Below the pieces are notes generated by a model. The model was not told the DNA's origin and made no database searches. It saw only the letters and a program-made list of their open reading frames with translations. The translations under genes were made by a program, and so were the position numbers. A stretch of DNA of 64,000 nt from Selaginella moellendorffii (Eukaryota > Plantae > Lycopodiophyta), in NCBI RefSeq assembly GCF_000143415.4, contig NW_003314261.1:3402880-3466879 (forward strand), in the 5' to 3' direction. Below, piece by piece: positions 13,951 to 25,165 of this stretch (positions within the stretch are counted from its first letter, which is position 1; every line of letters begins with the position of its first letter).

Positions 13951-16409
13951 TTGAATTTTCTTGAATTTTTCTTTTCTTGAGCCCATCAAATGAATTGGTA
14001 CATTCTTTCCCTAAAACTTGAGCTTAGAGTGAAGAAAGTTGAGTGTAAAAAATCTAATAAAAACTGAAAGAAAAATTTTGAAACACTTGGAGCTGGTGTT
14101 TCAGAAGTTGCGCGAACACAAACTATATGCTAAGGAAAGTAAATGCGCTTTTGGTCAATTGCGCGTAAACTTTCTTAGTCATATAGTTGGTAGTGGTGTA
14201 ATTGAGGTTGATCCAAGACCATTGTATCAGATGTTCGTTTCTTCCTTGGTTTGGCAGGATACTATTGTAAGTTTGTCCGCAATTTGCAAGAATTGCTCTT
14301 CCGTTGACTGAGTTGACAAAGAATAGTATTCTATTTCATTGGACACCAGCTTGTTAGCGTGCTTTTGTATGGTTGAAAGAGATCTTGACTACGGTTCCTG
14401 TTCTCAGGATCCCAGACCTTGATAAACCCTTCGAAGTGCATTGTGATGCATTTGACTATGCTATTGGTGCCGTGTTGCAGCAAGATTGTGACAAAGTGGT
14501 TGGTGTTATGCTAAGGCAACATGGTTGTCCCGTTGCGTTCTATTCTAAGAAATTGGATGAAACTCAACGAAGATGGCCAACGCATGAGAAAGAGATGTTT
14601 GCTATAGTGTCGACCCTAGAACACTGGAGACACTACTTGGGTGGACATACCAAGGTTTATACAGATAGTAACACACTAAGCTACTTTGCTACACAGCCTA
14701 AGCTTATGCCAAAGTAGGCTCGTTGGCAAGAGAAGCTTGCTAGATATGATATTGAAATCATATATAAACCAATATTGTTCCGGATGCATTGAGTCGTCAG
14801 GCTCAATTCCGGGCAATATCGGCAATCAGTTCAGACTGGTTAGAGGACGTTTGAGCTTCATATGGAAGTGATCCATTGGCGAAAGCAATCTTACTTTGGG
14901 CGGAGTTGTCGAAGCAAAACCCTGGTAGCGAAGCAGCGAAAGTTGTTGGTTGAACCAACGTGAAGCTTCACTTCTCAATTCGGGATGGGCTTATATTCTA
15001 TAAGCAGGAAAGATTGTATCTTCCCTCTAAGGATTTGCAACAGTTATTTCTATGGGAACATCATGATGTTCCGGCAGCGGGACATGGTGGACAGCGAAAG
15101 ATTCTGGCTTCATTGAAAAAGGGAATTTTCTGGTCTGGTATGGAAGGTGATGTAGCGGATTATGTCCATTTCTGCCCTATATGCCAGCAATGTAAGCTCA
15201 GAACTGAGAAGCAGGCTGGAAAGTTGCAGTGCATTCTAGCACCGGCATGGCCATTTCAGAGTATGACACTTGATTTCATCACTTGCTTGCCGAAGTCTAA
15301 GGGTTATGATACTTTGATAGTGGTTGTGGATCGGTTGTTGAAGATTGCACACTTTAGCCAACTATGGGAACAGTAAATGCGAAACAAGCAGCAAAGCTCT
15401 TTTTCCATGAAGTAGTGCGAGTTCGTGGTCTTCCCGAAGAGATAATCTCAGATAGGGATCAAGGTTTACAGGGAAGTTTTGGGGCACACTATTCCAGCTG
15501 TTCAGTACCAAATTGAAGTTTAATACGGCTTATCATCCTCAGACTAATGGGCAGATCGAACGTGTGAATGCTCAAGTTGAGGATTATCTGCATTACTATG
15601 TCACGGTGGACTAACGCGACTAGGTTGAGCATTTAGACAATAGAAATTTGTTATAACAACACATTTCATAGCGCTATAGGCTGTTCTCCATGGGAGATGC
15701 TGCAAGGGAATGCTCGTGGGGTTCCTCAACAAATTATTGTACCGAAACCAATGGCCAAAATGTTGGTCCCAGCCGTTGAGACTTATGCGGAGCAACTATG
15801 CCAAGGTTGGTCTAGAGATATTGAGGTGATGGGTAAAGCTCAGAATAGGTATTGCCGTGATAAGGATCAGCATCGTCGGAATGTATCCTATCAAGTGGGA
15901 GATCAAATATGGCTATCTTCCCGAAACTTGAACATTAAGGGTTCTTTGTCTCGGAAGCTCTTGCCGAGGTATATTGGACCCTATCGGGTGTTGAAAAGAC
16001 TTGGTGATGTATCCTATCAATTGGATATTCCACAAGAGATGTTCAGCCTTCATGATGTGTTTCATGTCAGTTTACTAGCCCCATATGATGAGGATCCTAG
16101 CCGCTCTAGGGATGTTCGTCCAGCTCCGGATGTTATTGATGGTGAACCGGAGTATGAGGTTGAGGCCATTCTTTTGTCTCGTAAGGCACGTGGTGGTCGT
16201 GCGAAGGAATACCTAGTTAAGTGGAAAGGTTACCCATCTTGTGAATCAACTTGGGAACCTCTGAAGAATCTTACACATGCCCGTAAGCTTGTCACGGAGT
16301 ATGAGAATAGTAATAAAAAATAGCTTTTGTAAATCTTGTAATAAATCTTGCAAATTAATAAAGTAATATATTTCTATAAATTAAAAGTGTCGTTTCTCTT
16401 GTTCGTTCA

Positions 16410-17540
16410 TACTTGGGTCAGTTTTGGCAGGCTGACTTTGGCACTTCAGTGCATGGGTCCAATCCATAACCATGGGGATAACTATTATAGACTGATCACA
16501 AGTTCCCACCTCTCTCTCGATGACTCATTTTTGAAAAGGGGCGTGGTTATGTAAACAACTTAATCTACTAGTTTATAGTAGTTGTCTAAATCTTCCCGAC
16601 GGGGTTGATTTCTTACTCAGGGGAAGTTGGGCCTCTGGCCTTCTCCCTATATCCCTGCAGGTAGGGATGTATCATTCCTTGTAAGCCGAGTGGTACTCGG
16701 AGCAGCAAGGGTGGCTAACTCCGTTAGTCATTTCCTTGTCGGTGACGGCTGGAGGGTGTCTGAGTTTTAACATCTTTGGACGTAGAGGAGAGGTCATTCC
16801 ATAATTCATTTAAGTTGGTGTGTTTCCCACATAGTGTGCTTTCCGTTAACTTTTGGAGTTGTTTCCTTGACGGTTTGCTAGACTCAGGTATACATCAACG
16901 AGGACGTCAATCTTCCCTAAGGGGGGGAGAGTGTCGCGAATGTGACTTTAGGTATTGAAAGATACTTGTTGGCTAGTCCTTATGGACACTCTCTCCTTAC
17001 TACCACAACGGTAGGAGGTCGGTACTGCTGGTTCCCTTTATGGTCTCCGCCCAAGCTAGTTGAGAAACTGGTCAGCACATGTTCACTTAGACCGGAAGGG
17101 CACTAAGGAAGGAAATCCTAAGTTGTCATTAAGTTAAACATACTTGACATGGTGACGAGAAACTCATGATGCTGACCTGCACTTGCTAGTGTTGGGAACC
17201 CCCGTGATATTGAGACTAGTTCCTCAATATTTGCTAGATGATAGCTTACCGTATCTGCCAAACACCCTCGCTATCACGCCTTTTGTATTGGTCTCATTGC
17301 GGTCCCAAGTGTTATTTATGGAAAGTGTCTAGATTAGCTCATTTGGCATATCTACAGAATGTAGAGATTAGTTTGAACACAATGGTATTCGTCCTGTGTC
17401 CAAATTTACAATCTAGTGCCATTCCATATTTAGTATGTTTTGGACTTGTCCCAGAGACTAACTCCTGGTACTAAGGGAGGCTTGGGGTGAAAGCCCAAAG
17501 CATGTGTTCCTCAAGGGGAGGGGGGGGGGGGGGGTGTTGT
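16410..17540 (+). ncRNA. Putative large structured RNA domain in the chromovirus 3' UTR
   Basis: Near-continuous hairpins, several GNRA loops and one UUCG-derived loop, a candidate pseudoknot, and compensatory substitutions against the second copy at 19685-20318 (see findings). Confidence 0.6.
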
Positions 17541-17842
17541 TGTAGGGGGTTGGAATGCATGTCCGACCACCTGAAACATTAGTTTGGCTCCCGTTGGGCT
17601 GTGTTGCTCTTTGTTCTGCGTCCGGCTTGGGTCTAAACCCAAGCTCCACGCTGCTCTAGTCGGTGGGGTATCCTCCTCCTCGCGTTAGGCCACCAGTATG
17701 CCAAAATTGTGCCAGACTCCGTCTGACACCATTTTGCGTGTAGGTGTTGGATATGGGGAGTTGGTGCTCATGGGATTGTATCGGACCCTCGTTTTGTAGC
17801 ACAACGGGCTTGGAGTTCGGCTCCAAATTCAGGTGCGCTACA
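17541..17842 (+). repeat. LTR (302 bp)
   Basis: TGTAG...CTACA inverted termini just after a polypurine/G-run; no partner LTR in the window. Confidence 0.7.
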
Positions 17843-20318
17843 ATGACTCAATGACATGACTTTAGTGTTTAAGTCTTGTGAAAAACAAGTTGAAAAGTGA
17901 TTGTTGGTTGCTTTGCAACTAGTGATTGCTTGTAGATTTTGTCGAAGACTGTGACACTTGCTTCACTTGATGATGGTTCAACAATGATGGGCTTGCTTTA
18001 CTGGATGGTGTTGTGGAGGATCGTGTGATTAGACTTATATGGTTTTCCATGTTAGTATGTTGATTTTACCTCTATTGGTATCATTTGGTTGCATTTAGTT
18101 CGTAGTGTTGGATTTCATTGAGTCTTGGACACAGTGAATCACTCCTTGATGAAGTGTTATCTATAATTGAGTATTGTTGAAGAATTAGTCTCGGATATTG
18201 ACTAAAGTATTTTTGACTTTGGCTAGCTTAGTTGCTAAAGAGCTTTAAATGGTGATTCACTCTTGCTTTTTTCTAGCTTTGTTATGGTGTTGATAGCATT
18301 GAAGTGATGCTTTGTCGTTGACATTGTTGATGTTGAGATTTGAGTTAAATGATATGTTTCTCCATAGGATTGATATTGAGTCTCATTAGTCTCAATACAA
18401 TTAGTGTTTATGCTTGAGCTGTAGCTTTATGTTATTGGCATTTATGCTTTTGCTAGTTAGTAACTGTATTGACGTTCAAATGAACTGAGTGGCAAGTTGA
18501 GTTAGTTGTGTTCTAAACGAGATTGTTTAGTAGAGGTTGAGTTTTGGCTTTTCCTTAAAAAGTGATTTAGTCATGGACTATGCTAACTCTATAAGTGGAA
18601 GGGTTAGTGATCAATATTGGAATGTTTGAATCCTTTTTAGATTTAAGTTGGGATATATTGATCATGAATGATTCTTCTTATGCTTGTTATGAAATGAGTT
18701 ACATCTTGCTATAGATGGTTTCATGGAAGATTGTTTAGTGTAAACTTGTTAAGTATAGCTCCATTGTGTTTGGCTTTTGGATTGATGCAGATATGCTCTT
18801 TATTAGCTTTGCATTATGAAGTTTAGTTATAGATATGTTGAGGAGGATATTGTGGGTTGCACTATAATTTCTTCTTTAGCATTGAAGTTGATTCATGCGA
18901 AACTCGTGATCATTGTTAGGCAAGACTTGGCTATAAACTTCTTCGAGCTTTTGGTTCCTTAAGTTTTTATGCTCATTGTTTCATTTGTTAGAAGTTGTTG
19001 GGGAAGGCATTTTTGCTTTTTAGCTTTGATGTTGAAGTTGGTTTTTGCATCGAGCAATCATTGGTGATGATCGACTATCATCTAGGATAGTTGATTATCC
19101 TTATCAAAAGGTTTTGCTTGATTATTGTTGATATAGAATGATTTGTTATTCTTCAGGATAGTGGATTCCTTCTTTGACGATGATTCTACATATCTCTTTT
19201 GATGGGATGATTAATAATCTTTCATGGTGGTTAATTGTTCTCTTTGATAGCTTTTGGCTTTCCGCAATACTACATGTTCTTTGTGATTTGTTCTGGATTG
19301 ATCTTTTGGGTTTGAGACATCAATAGGATGTTGCCAATGCTTGCTTGAGCAACTCTGGTTCCTTAGTATTATTGACCAAAATCTATTCAAATTGACTTTT
19401 ATGATGGTTGGCATGAATGAGTGTTTGTTGGTCTTATTGCATTCATTCTATTCTATTGATTATTGCTTGAGTTAGTTTTGATAGATTGGGATGTTATTTC
19501 CTTCGGGTGATACATTCGCGAGCATTATGCTTGTCAATCAATAACTATTAGTTAACTTTAATAGTCAAATAGTATCAATGGAATACTTTTGTGTTCTTAT
19601 CTAAGATTTATTCACTGATAATTAAGTTTCTAAGATATCGTTGTCTATGACTTTGATATTGTCCATCTTTTGATCTTTGAACTTTGGCCAGTATAGGCAG
19701 ACTAGCTTCGGCACTTCGTGTGCATGGTAAAATCTTTAGTCATGGGGTAGCTACTGTCAACTGATCACATAACCCGCCTCTCTATCAATGTTTTTTATTC
19801 CGTTAAAAGGGCGTGACCGTATAAACAACTCTAACTGCCTATTTATAGTAGTCTATCTAAACCTTACCAACAGGTTTGGTTTCTTTGCTCATGAGGGTTG
19901 GGGCCTCTGGCTTCTCTCCCTATGTCCCTGCGGGTAGGGGCATATCACACTTTTGTAAGCTGGGTGACACCTAGAGTAGCAAGGGTGGCTGACTCCGTTG
20001 GTCATTTGCTTGTTGGCGACGGTTGAAAGGTGTCTGAGTGGGTAGCGCATCCACGTTAGACAAAGAGGTTGCCTCCTAACTCATTTAAGTTGGTGCATTT
20101 CTCACATAGTGTGAATACCGTGAACTTTTTCTAGAGTTGTTTTTTTGATGGTATTCTAGACTCGAGTATGCATCGACAAGGATGTCGATCTTCTCTAAGG
20201 GGGGAGAGTGTCGCGAATGTGACTTCAGATATCGAAAGTTACCTATTGACTAGTCCCTAGGGACACTCTTTCCTTACTGTCACAATGACAGGAGGTCAAT
20301 ATTGTTGATTCCCTTTAT
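17843..20318 (+). mobile_element. Second, older gypsy-family fragment carrying a homolog of the structured 3' UTR
   Basis: Faint integrase-like traces (LDFIES; EELVSDID) near 18110-18200; 19685-20318 aligns with 16415-17040 (roughly three-quarters identical by eye), including TAAGGGGGGAGAGTGTCGCG. Confidence 0.65.
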
Positions 20319-21093
20319 CAGCCCCTCTTATTCAAGTGTTAGTAATGAGGAATGAGCATGAAGTGATTAATGGATGAGTCTTTAAAAAGTGACACAAGAA
20401 GGATTGACAAATGACAAGTGTTGTGATATATGGAAGTGTCGGGATCGAGTTCGAGATGAAGTTTGAGAAGGAGTCTAAGATTAGGGAGCATATATATAGA
20501 AGGGTTAGACTCTAGTGGAATTAGTTTGGCAAAAAAAGGCCAATGTGACCCAAAAACACCCACGTGTTGGGTGATGATATAACTACTAAGGACTCTAAGA
20601 CTAGAGTGAATATGGATAAACAAGTAAGGTATCTTGGTGAAATGTTCAAGAGCTAACTCTAGTTCCTTCAGGAGATTGAATGGTTGATACTCCCAATCTA
20701 TTACCTACTTGAATACCTAGTGTGGCTCAACAGAACCTTGCTTTAGCCACATGGCTAGGGCATCTAAGGGCTAAAGGTGGGGAAAGTACCCACGAAACTT
20801 GTGTAGGGTTGTAGTGTTTCAAAATGTCATCCCAAAACCCTAGACTGTGGAAAGGAAGATGAACAATTCTTTTGGGTAGTGATGAAAGATACAATTAAAT
20901 GGCAAGGAAGTCACAAAGGTCAATGGGATTTAGTGGTTGGGCCTTCGGGCCTTAACCCTGGTGAACATGGCCATGAATGGAGAAAAACTTGGTGGGGACT
21001 AAAGAAAAGATATTGGGAAAGGCTATTCTCTATATCTTCATGTACCTTAAGGATGCTAAGGTGTGATCTTAGGAGGACCACTCATGGACAAAT

Positions 21094-21704
21094 GACTTAG
21101 TCTCTAAAAGATGGGACTATGGCATAGGTGATCTAGGACTACTAATGAGGCAAGGGTAAGTGAACATGGCTTTACTGTAACAAGTTGATATATCGATGGT
21201 ACTTTTGGGGTGTCTGTCATGGGATTGGACATGTGGAGCACTTGGATCAAGTGCAAAAGCTGAGTGGCATAGATGCCATTCACGGGGCTAACATATCCCC
21301 AAATTGGGAATATATCTTATGGAGATTATGAGTGAGACTCCTCCAAGTGGTTAAAAGTGTAATTAAGTGACTAAAGAAGAATGGAAAATTTAGTCATTGA
21401 CATGATGGTCTAGTCTTGAAGAGACAGGACTATGGTATGGATGGTCTTGGATTACCAATGAGACAAAAGTGAATAGATATAGCGTTAGAATAACTGGCTG
21501 ATATATCAATAGTACCTTTGGGTGTTTATAGTAGGATTAAACATGTGGAGCATTTATACCAAGTGCAAAGGCAAAGTGGCATTATGGGGCTAATAAGTCC
21601 CCAAATTGGGAATAAAATTTATCAAGGTTGTGAGATAGACTTTTTTAAGTGGTCAAAAGTATAGTTAAGTAACTAAAGTAGAATGAAAAAATTAGTTGAT
21701 TACA
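21094..21704 (+). repeat. Diverged ~310 bp tandem duplication, possibly retrotransposon gag-derived
   Basis: 21094-21400 and 21407-21704 share GGACTATGG, TGATATATC, ACATGTGGAGCA, CAAGTGCAAA and TCCCCAAATTGGGAATA in the same order; an MRQG-like gag trace is present. Confidence 0.7.
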
Positions 21705-21799
21705 AAGGGATTTTACTTACACTTTAGACTTGTTAGTTAGTTCAAATATTCATCCAATATTTTATATGAGCAGATGTCATGGATCAATCTATCATCTAG

Positions 21800-24200
21800 G
21801 TCCTAGATATCAATATTGAAAAGGCTAATCCAACAAATATTTTTGCTTAAAGGTTGGTGAAGTCATGTTATAAGACAACTCAAGAATTGTTGATTTAGTG
21901 GAATGGCTATTTATGAACAAAACTACATGAGAAACCAAGAATGAACGGAAGAGTGTTTCCAAGTTTTTGTAAAGACTTGAATGACATTGTTGAGGAAGAG
22001 GAGAATTAAAGTTTATAGTTATATTGCTATATGATTGAGTTGTTTGTTTTACTTTCATTTTTTTATTTCTCATGCAAGAAAGTTGTATTGCTTTCTTTTT
22101 GTCGTGGCTGTTTATTGCAATATTGGTGTTGTCGTTTACATATATTTTTTCCATGGCCATATTGCTTTAGACTCCCTTCATATAAGTCTTGTTTAGCTTC
22201 TCGATCTTGCAATTCATGGCTAATTTATGAAGGAGGGGAGAATGACATGAACCACAAGAGAATTCTAAGAATATACTTTGGCATGTGGGATTTAAAGCTA
22301 AAAGACCTTAAATGTTAGGAGATTAGCCTTTGTTCATTTCAAAAGTTCTCTGAGTTTGTTCCTTATTCATTTCAAAAATTCTCTCATTGTTTGTTTACCC
22401 TATAGTTTTTGGAACCAAAAGAAACTCAACTCACTATTGATAACCCTTTATAGCAAAACTAATAAGCAAGCATTGCCATCCCAAAACTGTTGCCTATTAT
22501 CTAGAGCATTACTTGAAATAACTCAAGAAAAAAAGAATGATGAAAATGGCTACAAAAAATGTATTGAGCCAAACCATGGAGAAATATACTTAGATGTGTC
22601 TACAATTGCTATTGCTTCTATCAATATAACTTATGATCAAAAAGTTTTTTTTTTTTTGCAACCAAATGATAAATATACATTTACCGTTGTCATTACAATC
22701 ATTTGATGTGATCCAATAGGTCAAAAAACATAAGAGACTAATATACTTCATGATGTCATTTGCTCTAAAATAAGTGTGGGCTATAACTTGGCTTGATTCA
22801 ATTAAGTAGTAGATACTCTATTTCTTGTGAAGTTTACCTTTTTTATAGGCATACACCTGTCAGATATTCATACACATTACTCATAACAAGTATACATAAA
22901 AACAATTCCTTACCATAAAGAAGTGTTTGGCCTCCTTTGATGGTAATGTATTGGTTTTTAATTTCAAATAATTATGAGCCATCTTTGCTCAGCCACAACA
23001 TATCAAACCTTCACAAGACCAAGGTGCAAAGGTGCATCCGATATAAATATCAACTTGTTGTAACAGCCAATATTGATCTTGTATTGTAAAATGAGGCAAA
23101 ATATATAGACACTAATGTGGTTGTGGGGGGTGGGGGGGGGGGGGGGGGGATCAGTGAGCACATGGTTTAGGGTTTAGGGTCACCTCTATATTATCTTGTT
23201 TACCCATAATCAGATTGCTTTAGTCCACTCCATGATCCAAGCCTAGTGAGCCTCATTTAGGCTTACTCCCATTTTAGAACCATTACTTTGTAGAGGGAGC
23301 ATTTCAAGAATTCTTAAATGGAAATTGCAACTGTACAATCAAAAAAATTAGAAATGATAGAAAGTACTAAGCATATACTTGTGGAATCACTTCCACTTCT
23401 TGCTATAAAATTGAAAAACCTTTCCAGCCACTCTATCCTAAAGTCACTAAAAGGCCTTACATGCAAACAATGTTCTACATTACATTGCAACAAAAGAAAC
23501 AATTCTTACTAATGATAGTTATTAAAAGTCCTTTGCCAACTCTCCTTAGTCAATATATTTTTTAGAATAGTTCTTCTATCTTCTCCTTACCCTTCTTTTT
23601 GTCATTAGGATCTAGCTTAGCATTAAGTTTCACATTTGGCTCGTCACCTTTATGGTTTGCATTTTTGTTTGGGTCTTTGTTCCCATTTGCATCCAGGGGC
23701 TCCTCATTCTTAGTCATATCTAGGTTTGGGTCACCGTTCTCAATTATATTATTGCCATCACCACTTGGGTTAATAACATCCTTTGGCTCCCCCTTCTTGT
23801 TCACATGTGGACTCCTTGATATTGTTAGCATCCTCTCGCTCCCCGTTTTCAGCTTTATTGTCACTCTCATCTTTAATATTGTGCTTGGAGAACAAAATCA
23901 CACATTTGCCATGTGTAGTAATTGACGCATAAACTCGAAAGAGTGTGTTTTTAAATGGAATTCCAAGGTACCTAGCAAAAAAGAAATTATAGAAGTAAAA
24001 GAAAAAAAAAACTTACATTGCAGCCATCATGCTTTCTTCATTTTTATTATTGTTGAATTGTTGAAAGCTTGCAAGATGATGTCAAATCCCTTTTTCATGA
24101 TATTATATCTATAATTTTTCCTATCACAAATCATTTTTCCTCTCCACATAACCACTAACAAACAATAATGAACATAGTCTTGCACAATAATAAACAATAT
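21800..24200 (-). mobile_element. AT-rich decayed element, possibly a DNA transposase remnant
   Basis: Broken minus-strand coding-like pieces (23562-23870, 23314-23502) and a GHGKNIC trace near 22140-22160; family not identified. Confidence 0.25.
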
Positions 24201-24368
24201 TAGCAATACACTATGCAATGCAAAGAATGAAACAAGAATGAGCATGGTGATGCATAGCCATGAGCAATGTTAGTGATGCACTATATGATGTGAGGAATGA
24301 AACAAGGATAAACATGGCAAGGCACAACAATGAGAAATATTGGCAATATGCTATGTGATGAAGAATGC
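24198..24368. repeat. ~70 bp tandem repeat, about 2.4 diverged copies
   Basis: Units start TATTAGCAAT / TGTTAGTGAT / TATTGGCAAT; the first two share GAATGAAACAAG...CATGG. Confidence 0.65.
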
Positions 24369-25165
24369 TAATTGTAAGAAGAGATTACACACAATCCATG
24401 TTTAATATGCCCGATGCAGATGCAAATGTGGATGTGTGTGCACTAGATTGATGCAAATGGAAATGTGGATACTTGTGTAATGAATTGCAGTGGTGAGACT
24501 TATTTGGCACTTGATCAACTTTTTAAGAATGTTATGATATTGGCATCCAGAGAATCATTCTTGTTAAACCTTTGCCAAAAATATTGGTGCTTTGGGATTA
24601 AGGGGAAAAATATTTTAAGATATTCTTTGCCCTAGGACGAGTTGCCAAAGTGAGAATGCATATCAATTGAAGTGAAGGAATCATTAGTGAATCATTCAAT
24701 GCCTCTCCAGACGTTGCCCTCTCAGCGTAAGCTACCATTGCTGCTGGCTTGCCAATTCTAGGTTGATGAAATCTATTGTGATCTTGATAGAAGTTGGGGA
24801 TTTTCATCACAAGCTCGATCCCATCTAGAAGATGGGGATCATCATAACACCAGCAGTAGGAGGCTAACGATTGCATCTTTAGCAAGATCATCCATGGCTA
24901 TGCCTTGGCATCCAAGGTACTATGATCTCTCATGGATCCATGTTCTTTATAGATTTTCTTTTATTTTCTCTTTGGGAGCTCTATGAGGACAGCATTCTCA
25001 ACATAAATCCACTGTGCGTGGTTCAAGAATCTCAAATTGGTTAGTATATTCTCTTCAATAAAACGATTACCCCATCTATATAAATACCCTAACTACTCTT
25101 ATGTAAAAAGAAGCGAATAATAAAGGCCCCAAAACAGTTAATAAACCTGATGAATCACGCAAACT

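Larger units (their letters stand above)
14080..17842 (+). mobile_element. 5'-truncated chromovirus (Ty3/gypsy with chromodomain): RT end, RNase H, integrase, chromodomain, long 3' UTR, PPT, LTR
   Basis: HLELVFQKLREHKLYAKESKCAF (RT); FEVHCDAFDYAIGAVL...HEKEMFAIV (RNase H); HHDVPAAGHGG...CPICQ and LDFITCLP (integrase); RYIGPYRV (GPY/F); EYEVEAIL...YLVKWKGYP...TWEP chromodomain ending at 16323; G-rich PPT at 17514-17534; LTR 17541-17842 with TGTAG...CTACA termini. Frameshifts and stops in pol. Confidence 0.92.

Noticed and set aside
17445-17515. Group I intron R-like CAGAGACTA and group II domain V-like GTGAAAG hairpin in the structured UTR
   Set aside because: No matching S element (TAGTC) downstream and no AGC triad or domain VI. 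Hammerhead (CTGANGA) and twister cores were also not found intact.
17625-17645. CTAAACCC as a telomerase RNA template
   Set aside because: It sits in a hairpin inside an LTR, and no USE/TATA type-3 Pol III promoter is seen.
24598-24891. Minus-strand ORF at the edge of the TE island
   Set aside because: No recognisable motif and other frames are interrupted; cannot be supported as a gene.
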